Numbered from the stretch's first letter, positions 50,224 through 60,643 are shown. The stretch is 64,000 nucleotides of DNA from Sumerlaeia bacterium (GCA_040219255.1 JAVJSW010000037.1:64001-128000), one strand, 5' to 3'. Notes: generated by a model not told the origin, from the sequence alone. Made by a program: numbers and translations.

Positions 50224-51416
50224 GCGGCGGCCCGCTAACCATCGCCGCGAATTTTCTGCACGCCCCGCGCGAGTTGACGGGCACCGGCTATTACGCCCTG
50301 CATCTGGCCCGGGCGCTGCTGCGGTTGCCGCAACAGGCCCGCATCGTCGCTTTCTGCACCGCCGAGAACGTGGAGTCCTTCGCCATTCCGGAGGCCCCGC
50401 CGGAGCGGTATCGGCGGATCGTCTGGGGCCGGAGCCGGGGCAACTTGATGCTGCGGCGCGCGGAGGAATGGCTGGGGCTCCACCGGGCCGTGCGGCGTCT
50501 GCCGGCGGAATGGCGGCCAGATGTCTTCTTCGGTCCGTCCAATTTCCTGCCTCCTTTCTCGCCGGGCGTGCCCTGCGTCGTGGCGATCCACGACATGACG
50601 TTTCACCGCCATCCAAAAATCCTGCCGCCGGTGAAGCGCGCTTACTGGCACGCCTGGACCTGGCGCACCGCCCGCGCCGCCGATGCGGTCCTGACGGTCA
50701 GCGAGTCCGCCAAGGCCGACATCGTCCATTACCTCGGACTTCCCTCGGACCGCATCACCGTGACGCTCAATGGCGTGGCGGAGCGCTTTCGCATCGGCGA
50801 GGACGAAGCGGGCCGGCCCACGCGCCAGGCGGCTCTGCGGGCGGCCTTTCCCACCTTGCCCGGCCGCTACATTTCCTTCGTCGGGACCTTGGCGCCGCAC
50901 AAGAATGTGCCGCTCCTGATCGAGGCTCTGGCCCAGGCTCGGCGCAAGCCGGGTTGCGGTGAGATGGCGCTGGCCCTCGCGGGCAAGCGCGGCGCGGGCT
51001 ACGACGCCATCGCCCAGGCCATCGGGCGCCACGGCCTGGGAAAGGCCGTGCTGGAGCTTGGCTACATGAGCGACGCGCACCTTCCGGCGTTCATGGAGGG
51101 AGCCGCCGCCCATGTGCTCCCCTCCATCGCGGAAGGTTTCGGCCTGCCCATCGCCGAGGCGATGGCCTGCGGAACGCCCGTGGTTACCGCAAGCCGGGGC
51201 GCCACGGCGGAGGTCGGTGGCGAGGCCGCTGTCCTGGCGGATCCGGAGGACGCGGGAGCGTGGGCCGAGGCGCTTGCGAGAATGTGGACGGACCCGGAGG
51301 AGCGGACTCGGAGGCGAGGGGCGTGTCTGGCGCGAAGCCGGTGTTTTTCCTGGGAGGAAGCGGCGGTTCGGACGCTGGAGGTTTTCGAGCGAGTCAAATT
51401 AAAGGCGGATTTGTAA
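50220..51416 (+). CDS. Glycosyltransferase family 4 (group 1)
   Basis: IHDM, VSES, VGTLAPHKN, EGFGLPIAEAMACGTPV. Confidence 0.92.
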   Translation: MSGGPLTIAANFLHAPRELTGTGYYALHLARALLRLPQQARIVAFCTAENVESFAIPEAPPERYRRIVWGRSRGNLMLRRAEEWLGLHRAVRRLPAEWRPDVFFGPSNFLPPFSPGVPCVVAIHDMTFHRHPKILPPVKRAYWHAWTWRTARAADAVLTVSESAKADIVHYLGLPSDRITVTLNGVAERFRIGEDEAGRPTRQAALRAAFPTLPGRYISFVGTLAPHKNVPLLIEALAQARRKPGCGEMALALAGKRGAGYDAIAQAIGRHGLGKAVLELGYMSDAHLPAFMEGAAAHVLPSIAEGFGLPIAEAMACGTPVVTASRGATAEVGGEAAVLADPEDAGAWAEALARMWTDPEERTRRRGACLARSRCFSWEEAAVRTLEVFERVKLKADL

Positions 51417-51578
51417 AACATGGCTTGAAACCTGGATAAGAAAATGCTTGCAAGAGACCGCAATTAGTTGCACTCCCCTCCCCATCATTTCCGCGCTCCT
51501 CATTGAACTGTTGACTATTTGGCTTCGATCAGGGTAGCGTGCAACGACACATCCAAACGGAGGCATCCGTCCCTTATT

Positions 51579-52949
51579 ATGCCGTCTCTTTCCCTTTCGC
51601 CCCACGCGAGGTCCAAAGTCCTTGCCGCAGTGCTGCTTTGCCTGACCGTTCCCTTTGCCGGTTTCGCCTCTTCGCAGTGGATCACCAAGGGTGTTCTCAA
51701 CGTGCCCAGCTATCAATACTCGTTCCTGGCGGCGACCCCGGATGGCGACTTGCTGGCCGCGACGTTCAACGGAACGAACGAGCCGGCGCAGGCTCCCATG
51801 CTCCTCATCAAGGACCCGACGGGCGTCAATCCCCAGGTGGAAGTCATCACCTCGGTCCTCTTCGATGGCCAGCGCGGCTATTCCGGTGTGGCCTGCATGC
51901 CCGACGGCAGCTTCTTCGTCGCGGGGGACACGGGGGACGAAGGCACCAGTTTCATCAAGAAGTTCCGCAAGAACGGCACGCTGGACACGTCCTTCGGCAA
52001 CAATGGCGAAGTCCGCCCCGGCCGCCGCGCCCTTGGCGTCGATGTCATGGGCGAGTACCTGCTGGTGGCGCTCAATTGGGGCAAGGTGGGTGTGATCCGC
52101 GCAAACGACGGCGCCATTCTCGGTGGCCTGCCGGACCCGGAGGCGGGCTTCTTCCTCCGCGATATCTCCATCGACCCGGGGACCCTGGATATCTTCGGCG
52201 TGGCCGAAGGCGACGTTTACCTCTGGGAGGGCGGTTCGCCCTGGAATCCGACGAGCTACCGCCGCCGCATGCTCTCCCAGTCCGAGGGCAGCCTGCGCTC
52301 TGGCGAGGGCATCTCCATCGATCCGCTTTCCAAGTCCGCCCTCACCACGCCCATTCCCGGCAACGTCCTGGCCAGCGTTTCCCCCGATGGCGTCATCACC
52401 CGCAGCACGGTGAATACGGCCCAGGAAGATTCGGAACTGACCGATTCCTCGCTCTCCTTCGATGGCCGGACGCTCTTCGTTTCCGACCTGAAGAAGCGCC
52501 GCATCCACGTCATGGAGCGTGAAGGAGCCGGCGCCGCCGGCAATGAACTGCGCCAGATTGCCCAGGCGCCCCGCAGCGCCGCCGCCGCCGAAGCTCCCCA
52601 GACCACCTATAAGACCCAGACCAAGTGGTATCGCTCCTACCTGGGCATCGTGGAAGCGGCCCGCCGGTACAACAAGCCGATGCTGGTGTACTTCCGCTCC
52701 GGCACCTTCCCCGAGTGCCTCGAGTTCGAGCGCAGCACCCTCCTCACACCCCAGTTCGACGCCGCCGTGCAAAACCGCGTCGTCTGCGTCTTCGAGGACG
52801 TCAGCAAAGACCCCCTGATCGCCTATCGCCTCGGCGTGTTCCGCGTGCCTCACGTCACGGTGTTCAATTCCGCGGGCGATCCGGTCGCCCGGTTCACCCG
52901 CGAGATCAGCACGCCTGAGCTGATCGGCGCGATCCAGTCGGTGAATTAA
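51579..52949 (+). CDS. Secreted beta-propeller protein with C-terminal thioredoxin-like domain
   Basis: Signal peptide; repeated propeller blades; KPMLVYFRSGTFPECLEFE...YRLGVFRVP thioredoxin-fold pattern. Confidence 0.65.
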   Translation: MPSLSLSPHARSKVLAAVLLCLTVPFAGFASSQWITKGVLNVPSYQYSFLAATPDGDLLAATFNGTNEPAQAPMLLIKDPTGVNPQVEVITSVLFDGQRGYSGVACMPDGSFFVAGDTGDEGTSFIKKFRKNGTLDTSFGNNGEVRPGRRALGVDVMGEYLLVALNWGKVGVIRANDGAILGGLPDPEAGFFLRDISIDPGTLDIFGVAEGDVYLWEGGSPWNPTSYRRRMLSQSEGSLRSGEGISIDPLSKSALTTPIPGNVLASVSPDGVITRSTVNTAQEDSELTDSSLSFDGRTLFVSDLKKRRIHVMEREGAGAAGNELRQIAQAPRSAAAAEAPQTTYKTQTKWYRSYLGIVEAARRYNKPMLVYFRSGTFPECLEFERSTLLTPQFDAAVQNRVVCVFEDVSKDPLIAYRLGVFRVPHVTVFNSAGDPVARFTREISTPELIGAIQSVN

Positions 52950-53114
52950 GCTCGCCCGCTTTCCGAGCATCACGCAAGCCGAGGAGCCGCCCCCGCACCG
53001 GAGGCGGCTTTCGCGTGCCGAGGGCCTTCGCGGTGGACCGCGATAATCATTGACTGCGAAGAGTTGCATCTCTACAGTTGCTCCGAATTTCACATACTCC
53101 GGGAGTCCGATTCG

Positions 53115-53777
53115 ATGCGAGTCAAAGCCTTCACACTGATCGAATTGCTGATCGTTGTCGCCATCATCGCCATTTTGGCGGCGATCGCCGTGCCCAACTT
53201 CCTGGAGGCTCAGGTCCGTTCCAAAGTATCGCGCACGAAAGCGGACATGCGCAGCATCGCCACCGCCCTCGAGAGCTACCGAGTGGATTCGAACAAGTAC
53301 CCCCCCTTCGACCTCGATCCGCAAAGCTTCAGCGTGCCCAGTAACGGCAACCCGGCTGCGCCAGCCCCCGGGAACACGTCCACCGCCGATCCCTGCTTGC
53401 GTTCCGGCGGGGGCTTGACAACTCCCATTTCCTACATGACCTCCATCCCGGCGGACCCCTTTGGGGATGCGCTTCCCGACGACCTTTTCACCTTCGGTGG
53501 TGCGGCGACGGTTGCCGAAGCTTATTACTACAACACGAAGGACTGGTTCGATTGCCGGAATTTCGCCTGGACGATTTACACGGACGATCCGTCGGAAACG
53601 CCGACGAATCCCGCTCAGTGGGTCTTGCAGAGCAAGGGGCCGGACAAGTGGTTCGCTCCGCCAAACAGCGTGGCCGCCGGTACCGGCGTCGCGCATGTGG
53701 ACCGCGCGGTTTATTACCAGTACGACGCCACGAACGGCACGGTGAGCATCGGTAACATCGTCCGGGTCGGGCCGTAA
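53115..53777 (+). CDS. Type IV prepilin/pseudopilin-like protein
   Basis: AFTLIELLIVVAIIAILAAIAVPNF N-methylation motif; DPF and SKGPD motifs. Confidence 0.92.
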   Translation: MRVKAFTLIELLIVVAIIAILAAIAVPNFLEAQVRSKVSRTKADMRSIATALESYRVDSNKYPPFDLDPQSFSVPSNGNPAAPAPGNTSTADPCLRSGGGLTTPISYMTSIPADPFGDALPDDLFTFGGAATVAEAYYYNTKDWFDCRNFAWTIYTDDPSETPTNPAQWVLQSKGPDKWFAPPNSVAAGTGVAHVDRAVYYQYDATNGTVSIGNIVRVGP

Positions 53778-53882
53778 CGGGGGAAGGGCTCGTCTCCGGG
53801 TTTGGCCTTCTTCTCCGCGGCCCCAATGTGGAGTTGACGGAGGGGGCTCGCTTCGGGTGACTGCTGAGCAGGAGCCCGCGCC

Positions 53883-56498
53883 ATGAGTTCGACGGACCGC
53901 GTTTTTCCGCCGCCGCTCTTTCCGCCTCCGCTGCCGCGCCCCGTGGTGCATGGCCTGCGGCGGCGGATCTTGCTGTTGGTGCTGCTGTTGACCACGCTGC
54001 CGGCGGCGGTGGCGCTGGTAGTGTTCTGGATCAGTGCCGCGGGGGCGGTGCGATGGCGGGCGACGGACGAGGCCCGCAGCATCGCCGAGCAGATGTCGGT
54101 GACGCTGGAAACGTCGATCCAGCGCCGGATGAACAGTTTGCGCCGGCTGGCCCAATCACCGGAATTGCTGACCTTGTCGACCCCGGTTTTGCAGGGTCAG
54201 AAGAGCGCCTCGACGCTGCTGCCGCTGCCCGATCACGTCTTGACCCTGACGAGTGAGGTTTGCGGGGAAGGCGGGCGGATTTTTCTGCTGGGAGCCAGCG
54301 GCAACCCCCTCGCCGAAATCCGCGGGGGCCGACTGGCGCCGCCGCCCGCGGCGGTCAGCCTGCAATACTACAACGCTTTCCCGCACATTCCGGCCGGGGA
54401 TCGGGACACCTTCATCGCCGCGCTGCCCATCGAACGGTCCACGCCGGTCTTGTTCATCGGCGTGGCGTTGCGGGGAGGCCGGGCGCCGGAGGGCAGTTTC
54501 CTCGCCGCGCTGCTGCCGACGCAGCCGTTCCTCGACGAAGCGGAACGATTCTCGTCGCCGGTGGCGTCGCAGCCCATGATCCTCGTGTCGCGGTCACGAG
54601 GCGTCGTTTACAATACATGGAACGACGGAGGTCTGAGCCAACGCATCAGCGAGATTCGCGAAGAGCTGTTCGCCGGACCGCCCGCCGGCCAGATCGCTCC
54701 CATGACCTATCGCCGGCACAAGGTCGTTTTGGCCTTTAGCCGCACCCGTTCGCTGCAAAGTCTCGCCGATCCCTCGATGCTGCCGATCGAGTGGGCGATC
54801 GTGCAGCCGGTGGATTTGGACGAAGTGCTGGAACCGCTGACGACTGGCCTTTGGACCACGGCCTTCGCGGGAATCGCGGCGGTGCTGATGGCCTCGGTGC
54901 TGGCTTCGTGGCTGTCGAATCGGCTGGTGCGCCCCATCCGCGTCTTGTCCCAGGGCATGCAGCGTTTCGCTCTGGGGGAACTCGACTACCGGGTTCGACT
55001 GCGCACGGGCGACGAAATCGAGGCGCTGGCCGAGTCGGCGAACCAGATGGCGGATTCGCTCGAGAAAAGTTATCACGAACTCGGCGCCCGCCTGCTCGAA
55101 CTCGACGAGCAGAAACGCCAACTCGAACTCGTCCACTCGATCAGCCACTCCATCAATCGCGAGCTGAACCTGTCGGTGCTCTTCGACCGCATCGTGGACG
55201 AGATCCTTTCGCAGGTGCCCTCGGACCGGCTTTGGCTGGCGCTGGCGGACGAATCGACGGGTCAGCTCCGGGTGGCCTTCCGCTATCCCAAGCGCCTGGG
55301 TCCGTGGACCGAGGGGACGGTTCTGGACCGGGAGCGTTCGCTGACGGCGCGCGCACTGGCCCAGCGCACGCTGGCGATCAGCTCACTCCTGGAGGAGGAC
55401 GAGGCGCGGCAGGAGGCGGAGGAGCTTCTGCCGGAGCAACTCCACAGTCTTTGCGTCGTGCCTTTGATTTCCAGCGATGGGGTCGTGGGAGCGATGTTGC
55501 TGGCGAGCAACGAGGACTCGCACTACAGCTCGAACGAGGCGGCGTTCCTGCGCCAGTTGGCGGAGACGCTGGCACTGGCGATTCATCAATGCCGGCTCTA
55601 CGAACGCATCAGCCACTTCGCCACTGAATTGGAAGGCACGGTGCAGCGCCGCACGGAGGAACTGCGCGAAGCGCAGGAACGGCTGGTGGAGTCGGAGAAG
55701 TTGGCGGCGGCGGGGGCGCTGGCGGCGAATGTGGCGCACGAAATCAACAACCCGCTCTCCATCATCAAGAACTACCTGCGGCTTGCCTCCGGGCAATTGG
55801 GTAAGCAGGCGAAAGCTTCCGCCAACCCCGACGGCACCGTGGAAAACATCCGCCGGAGTCTGGGCGTGGTGGAGGAAGAAATCGACCGCATCGCCCGCAT
55901 CGTGGCGCAGCTGCGGCTTGTGGGGGCGATGCCCAAGTCCGAGTCGGCGCCCGTGGCGGAGCTGGTCGACGTGCCGGAGGAAGCCCGGGCACTGCTGGGC
56001 TTGCTGGATCATTCCCTCAAGTCCAAGTCCATCGACGTGGCTGTCGAGGAAGACGTTGGGGTTTCGGCCATCTGGACGGTGCGGGACTATCTGAGGCAGA
56101 TTCTGCTGAACCTTCTGCGCAATGCCATCGACGCCATCGAGGCGGCGCAGCGCCCCAGCGGCGAGATCGTCGTCCGCATCCGCCACGCCCGGGGATCGCA
56201 ACAGGGCATCATGCTCGAGGTGGAGGACGACGGCTGCGGCATCGATGGGTCCAAGCGGGGCCGCATCTTCGATCCGTTCTTCACGACGAAGGCGGAGGGC
56301 AAAGGGACGGGGCTTGGCTTGTCGGTCTCCTACGGGCTCGCCCGGCGCATGGGCGGGGCGCTGTCGGTGGAAAGCGAAGTCGGCGTCGGCTCCGTGTTCC
56401 GGCTCACGCTGCCCCTGGGCGAACGTCCCAAAACTCCCGAGCCGCCGGAGCACTCAACGGGGGTTCGCCGTGTCGGAGGCCGCATCATCATTGGCTAA
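53883..56498 (+). CDS. Sensor histidine kinase (2 TM, HAMP, GAF, HisKA, HATPase)
   Basis: GDEIEALAESANQM HAMP, AHEINNPL, NLLRNA, DDGCGI, FDPFFTTK, GTGLGL. Confidence 0.95.
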   Translation: MSSTDRVFPPPLFPPPLPRPVVHGLRRRILLLVLLLTTLPAAVALVVFWISAAGAVRWRATDEARSIAEQMSVTLETSIQRRMNSLRRLAQSPELLTLSTPVLQGQKSASTLLPLPDHVLTLTSEVCGEGGRIFLLGASGNPLAEIRGGRLAPPPAAVSLQYYNAFPHIPAGDRDTFIAALPIERSTPVLFIGVALRGGRAPEGSFLAALLPTQPFLDEAERFSSPVASQPMILVSRSRGVVYNTWNDGGLSQRISEIREELFAGPPAGQIAPMTYRRHKVVLAFSRTRSLQSLADPSMLPIEWAIVQPVDLDEVLEPLTTGLWTTAFAGIAAVLMASVLASWLSNRLVRPIRVLSQGMQRFALGELDYRVRLRTGDEIEALAESANQMADSLEKSYHELGARLLELDEQKRQLELVHSISHSINRELNLSVLFDRIVDEILSQVPSDRLWLALADESTGQLRVAFRYPKRLGPWTEGTVLDRERSLTARALAQRTLAISSLLEEDEARQEAEELLPEQLHSLCVVPLISSDGVVGAMLLASNEDSHYSSNEAAFLRQLAETLALAIHQCRLYERISHFATELEGTVQRRTEELREAQERLVESEKLAAAGALAANVAHEINNPLSIIKNYLRLASGQLGKQAKASANPDGTVENIRRSLGVVEEEIDRIARIVAQLRLVGAMPKSESAPVAELVDVPEEARALLGLLDHSLKSKSIDVAVEEDVGVSAIWTVRDYLRQILLNLLRNAIDAIEAAQRPSGEIVVRIRHARGSQQGIMLEVEDDGCGIDGSKRGRIFDPFFTTKAEGKGTGLGLSVSYGLARRMGGALSVESEVGVGSVFRLTLPLGERPKTPEPPEHSTGVRRVGGRIIIG

Positions 56499-58448
56499 AC
56501 CGGGGAGGCGGAGCGAGCCGCGAAGAATCAGGTCGGTGCCGTTGGCGGGGCCTTCGAGCGACCAGTCGCGCGCCCCTCCGTCGTCCTGGCCATCGGGCCC
56601 GCGGCTCCAGACGCGCCAAGCCTGAGGGCTCTCTCGCTCGTAAATGTAGGGGTCCGATCCCCCAGGCGAAAAGACGTCCGCCACGGGAAAGCCGATCCCG
56701 GTGTCGAGCAACCGGTCCAGGCTGGCGGGTGGCTCGCCGTGTTCGTCGGCATAGCTCTTCACCCATTCCGACACGGTCTCCAGGCGTGTCCTCGTGCCCT
56801 CGATGAGTCTCAAGTCCTCGCGGAGCCATTTCGCTCGCAATCGCGGCAGCTTCATCAGGGCGAGAATCGCCTGTGGCGGCGCTGCGACCGCACCCCTGGC
56901 CTGGACGTCGCCCTCGCTGTCCATGGTCAGGGTCAAGGTCCCCGTCCCCATCGCGTCGCCGCCCGCGCTCCGCCAGGCTTCATCGGGGCGGCGGCGGTCG
57001 AGACTGCGGCCGGCGAGAGCCAGGGCGGCCCGGTAGGCTCTCGCCGTGTCCCATGTCATGTGGATCGTGATCGGCGCGCCGTTCGCCTCGGCGGTCTGGA
57101 CGCGGGTCGCTTCGAAGAGTTGGCCTGCTTTCTCGGAGTCGTTTCCGATGACGAAGTGGGTGCCGTCTTGCCGCCAGGTCAACAGGCGGGATGTCGCCGC
57201 GTCGCTGGACCAGAGGGTGGCGGCCATGCCCGTTTCGCTCGTTGCGGTCTGGGCGCCCCGCAGCAAAGCGAATTCTTCCCAGAGCGCAGCGAGGAGGGCC
57301 GGGTCGCCGCTGGGTGTGGCGGCCGCCCACAGGAACGGGGAGGAGGCGGATTCTTCGCCCGGAGCCAGCGCGAGGGTTAGAGGACCCTCGATCAGGGGCA
57401 GTAGCATTTCACGAACGGAAAACCCTGCCGACCGATCGAGCGCCCTCAGGGAATTCTCGAGCGCCAGGCGGTCTCGCCGGAACTGCGTTTCAAAGAGCGC
57501 TTCCGCCCAAAGATCGTAGAGGGAAGTGAAGTCGGGGGTGGAAAGCGTGACGGTCAGCAGCGAACCGCTGGAAAGTGCGGGAGGATGGCCGCCGCCCACC
57601 TCCGCCTCGAGGCCCGGAAAAGGGAAAGGCGACGACTCCTTGGCCGGATCGTTGGGCGAGAGCGCGAAGGCGAACCGCAGGCCGTCCTCCGTCCAGTCCG
57701 CGCTGCCGGCGAGCGATTTCCAGCCCGCGGCCGCATCCGCCCGGGCGCTCAGCCGCGGCAGGGAGAGCGAGGGAGAGAGTTCTTGCCAAAGATCGTCGAG
57801 AGCCACGACGAACTGAATGGGAGCCTTCGGTTCGGCGTCGCGCAACGCCGCAGCCAGCGCGGGGGTGCGGGTCCCGCGGCTGCCGTGGCCCTGCATCAAT
57901 TCGCCGAATTCGCCCCAGGCATTGGCTGTGGCGACGAAGTCTTCGGCGAGAAAATAGAAGTAGGTGCCGAAGGCGTCTCGTTCGTCGACCTTGGCGAGTT
58001 CTTGCGGGCCTGAACCGCGGGTCGCTCCGATCGCCGTCGTGTCGCCGATGCGCCGCTCGGGCAACCTCTTGGGCCACAGATCGTCGACGAGCGTCTGAGT
58101 GTCGGCGTGAAAGAGCAGGGCGTAGAACAGGGCGCGTTCGGCGGAGAAGCTGGCGAGCAGAGGCGAGCGGGCTTCTCGGCTGAGGGGCTGATCCAATCCC
58201 CACTGGCGCTCCTCGGGGAACGATTCGGCGCTGGGGAAGGCGCCGTGGAGAACATCCCAAAGCGCGGCTGGATCGCGCACCAGGAGAGCGCAGGACGCAT
58301 CGCGCGGCAGGAGGGAAGCGCGCGTCCACAACTCGTCCTCGCGCCAATCCGGGGGCGGGTCTTGCGCGGCGATTTGCGGGCCCGATGCGAAGCTCGCCGC
58401 CAGCAAGGCGGCCATCACCCGGGCGTACCATTTTCCGTCATTTGGCAT
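56454..58448 (-). CDS. Secreted hypothetical protein with C-terminal GspG/pilin-like globular domain
   Basis: Signal-like N-terminus from ATG 58448; C-terminus PPASLDRL...DVFSPG..PYIY...VWSRGPDGQDDGG. Confidence 0.6.
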   Translation of the reverse strand: MPNDGKWYARVMAALLAASFASGPQIAAQDPPPDWREDELWTRASLLPRDASCALLVRDPAALWDVLHGAFPSAESFPEERQWGLDQPLSREARSPLLASFSAERALFYALLFHADTQTLVDDLWPKRLPERRIGDTTAIGATRGSGPQELAKVDERDAFGTYFYFLAEDFVATANAWGEFGELMQGHGSRGTRTPALAAALRDAEPKAPIQFVVALDDLWQELSPSLSLPRLSARADAAAGWKSLAGSADWTEDGLRFAFALSPNDPAKESSPFPFPGLEAEVGGGHPPALSSGSLLTVTLSTPDFTSLYDLWAEALFETQFRRDRLALENSLRALDRSAGFSVREMLLPLIEGPLTLALAPGEESASSPFLWAAATPSGDPALLAALWEEFALLRGAQTATSETGMAATLWSSDAATSRLLTWRQDGTHFVIGNDSEKAGQLFEATRVQTAEANGAPITIHMTWDTARAYRAALALAGRSLDRRRPDEAWRSAGGDAMGTGTLTLTMDSEGDVQARGAVAAPPQAILALMKLPRLRAKWLREDLRLIEGTRTRLETVSEWVKSYADEHGEPPASLDRLLDTGIGFPVADVFSPGGSDPYIYERESPQAWRVWSRGPDGQDDGGARDWSLEGPANGTDLILRGSLRLPGLANDDAASDTANPR

Positions 58449-58563
58449 GGAGGTCGGGCGGAGTCCTTGGAGAAAGGGCGTTCTGGCCTTGTACCGGCGC
58501 GCGGCGGTGCGTTCCACTCGGCGGCGCGCACCCCACAACGCCACTCTTTCTGGAGAATCCTTC

Positions 58564-59520
58564 GTGACGCAAGAAAACCCGCCCGGGCAAAACGCAGACA
58601 TCGCAGCTTCCGCTTTCCGCTCGGGATTCGTGGCCCTGCTCGGCCATCCCAACGCCGGCAAGTCCACCCTGCTCAACGCCCTTGTCGGGTATAAGTTGGC
58701 CGCCGTCAGCGGCTTGCCCCAAACCACCCGCGACCGCATCAACGGCATCGTCTCGCGAGCCGACATGCAGGTGGTCTTTGTCGACTTGCCCGGCCTCATC
58801 GATCCCAACGACCGCCTCAACGAGACCCTGCGCTGGCGCGTTCTGGAAACGCTCAACGACGTCGATGTGGTGGTCCATCTGGTCGACGTCAGTGAAGAGA
58901 AGCCCGTCAGCGACGACATGGCCGCGATCCTGGGGGACGTCAAACGCCCGATGATCTTCGCCGCGAACAAGGTGGACCTGAAGACTTCGGAGTTTCATCT
59001 GGCCTCGTTCATGGGGGAACTGCCGGGCCCCGGCCCGGGCGGCTACAGCGCCTCGCTCGTGCTTTCGGCCGCTCAGGAAGCAGGCCTGCCGGAGCTTCTC
59101 GAAGCCATCCGGCCCCATCTGATCGAGGGTCCGCCGCTCTACGATACCGATCACCTGACGGATCGGACCATGCGGTTCCTGGTCTCGGAGATCGTCCGCG
59201 AGAAAGTCTATCACTATACGCACCAGGAAATTCCCTACGCCACCGCCGTGACCATCGACGAGTTCATCGAACGCAAGAAGGCCAAGTGGTATATCGGGGC
59301 GACGATCCATGTGGAACGCGACAGCCAAAAAGGCATCGTGATCGGCAAGAAGGGCGACCTGCTGAAGCGCATCAGCCGCACCGCGCGCCAGGACTGCGAG
59401 AAGCTCTGTGGCTCGCCGATTTTCCTGGAACTGTTCGTGAAGGTGACGCCGAACTGGCGCAAAAACGACGCGCGGCTGAAGGAATTCGGGTATGATCCGC
59501 CGAAGCGGCGAAAGGAATAG
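58564..59520 (+). CDS. era: GTPase Era
   Basis: GHPNAGKST, PQTTR, DLPG, NKVD, KH domain SQKGIVIGKKG; GTG start. Confidence 0.95.
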   Translation: MTQENPPGQNADIAASAFRSGFVALLGHPNAGKSTLLNALVGYKLAAVSGLPQTTRDRINGIVSRADMQVVFVDLPGLIDPNDRLNETLRWRVLETLNDVDVVVHLVDVSEEKPVSDDMAAILGDVKRPMIFAANKVDLKTSEFHLASFMGELPGPGPGGYSASLVLSAAQEAGLPELLEAIRPHLIEGPPLYDTDHLTDRTMRFLVSEIVREKVYHYTHQEIPYATAVTIDEFIERKKAKWYIGATIHVERDSQKGIVIGKKGDLLKRISRTARQDCEKLCGSPIFLELFVKVTPNWRKNDARLKEFGYDPPKRRKE

Positions 59521-59527
59521 CAGGCGG

Positions 59528-59956
59528 CTATTCCTCTTCTTTCGTCCTCCGGTCCTTGTCTTCCGTGGGTGGAAGCAAAGCGCGGAGATCTTCGTCAAGG
59601 AAGTCGGACTTGTAGGCGCCTTGAATAATCTAAGAAAGTGATAATGGAGGCATGGGAGCCTCGTGGATGGTTGCGAACCCTTGTTCGATCAGGCGGTCCA
59701 GGATTTCGGGTGTCAGGGCTCGGGCATGGCGGTAGTCCACCACGGACGCTTGGCGGATAAAGGGATGACAACCCGGGTTCAAAGTACACGAAGTATCCTG
59801 TGCAGTCCGGCGCCGGGTCACCACGCAAGGCAACAGCATCAGGTGTTCGGGATGGTCCTTCGGCGATGTAATCACGAGGTAGAGGTGAGACTTGCTGCCG
59901 GGCCGCAGGACATCGGCGATCAACACGCAATCGCCCACCGCGTATTGGCGGGCCAC
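59528..59956 (-). pseudogene. PemK/MazF-like putative toxin interrupted by an in-frame TAG at 59630-59632
   Basis: VGDCVL...HLYLVIT...DTSCTL..G.HPFI...S; frame stays open for 33 more codons (IIQGAYKSDFL...) after the TAG. Confidence 0.55.
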
Positions 59957-60519
59957 TACTCAGGGTCCTCGGCCACGCGGGAAATCAGCCCATCGGTCCT
60001 CTGAAGTGAAAGCAGTTCTTCGATTTCCTCATCGTCGAATCCCTGGACTTCCAGAATCGCGCGCATGGATATGGGACGGGACGAGGAGCCGGGGTCCTGC
60101 CACTCGGGGAATGTGTGGGTGAGATCGCTGAGGACGAATGGGTCTTCGACCGGCCCGAACTTCTCAACGATTTCCTCCACGATTCGCTGATCGGCGCGGG
60201 ACAAGGTCGTCGCCGGGGTGGACTTCAGAATCGCCATCGTCTGCGAGTTCTCGATGTGATCGAGCCAATAGGCGCCCACACCGGACGCGAGCGGCTCGTC
60301 CACCTTCATCAGGTCGTAAACCTTCGAGAGTACCGGGCCCCAGCGCATGGAATAGGGCCGGTCGCCCGTGATGGGGCTGCCATAACGGCCAATCGCCAGC
60401 CGATCCGCCAAATACATCAACTTGAGCAAGTGAATCCGGGACAACGGCCCGCCTGCCGCCTGCAAGAAGCGGGCGGCGAGTTGCGTGGCCTTTTTCTCGT
60501 TGAAACTCCACTCGAGCAT
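59956..60519 (-). CDS. Panacea-domain (DUF4065/SocA-like) antitoxin
   Basis: LLKLMYLADR...YGSPITGD...GPV...LSDLTH.FPEW; stop codon abuts the partner's start. Confidence 0.85.
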   Translation of the reverse strand: MLEWSFNEKKATQLAARFLQAAGGPLSRIHLLKLMYLADRLAIGRYGSPITGDRPYSMRWGPVLSKVYDLMKVDEPLASGVGAYWLDHIENSQTMAILKSTPATTLSRADQRIVEEIVEKFGPVEDPFVLSDLTHTFPEWQDPGSSSRPISMRAILEVQGFDDEEIEELLSLQRTDGLISRVAEDPE

Positions 60520-60579
60520 TGCTCACCGCCGGGCGAAAACTAGGCGAATGTTGACACAGGCCAGTCCTGTCATCAAGGG

Positions 60580-60611
60580 AAAACAAGAAGCCCCGCCAAC
60601 ACTGGCAGGGC
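60580..60611 (-). terminator. Terminator downstream of the tRNA cluster
   Basis: gccctgcca/tggcggggc stem followed by ttcttgtttt on the minus strand. Confidence 0.6.
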
Positions 60612-60643
60612 GCTTGACGAGAATAATGCTGTAAAAAAAGAAG

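Noticed and set aside
59630-59632. Pyrrolysine or genome-wide TAG recoding
   Set aside because: TAG ends other genes normally (era, ABC permease, amylase) and no pyl genes are in the window.
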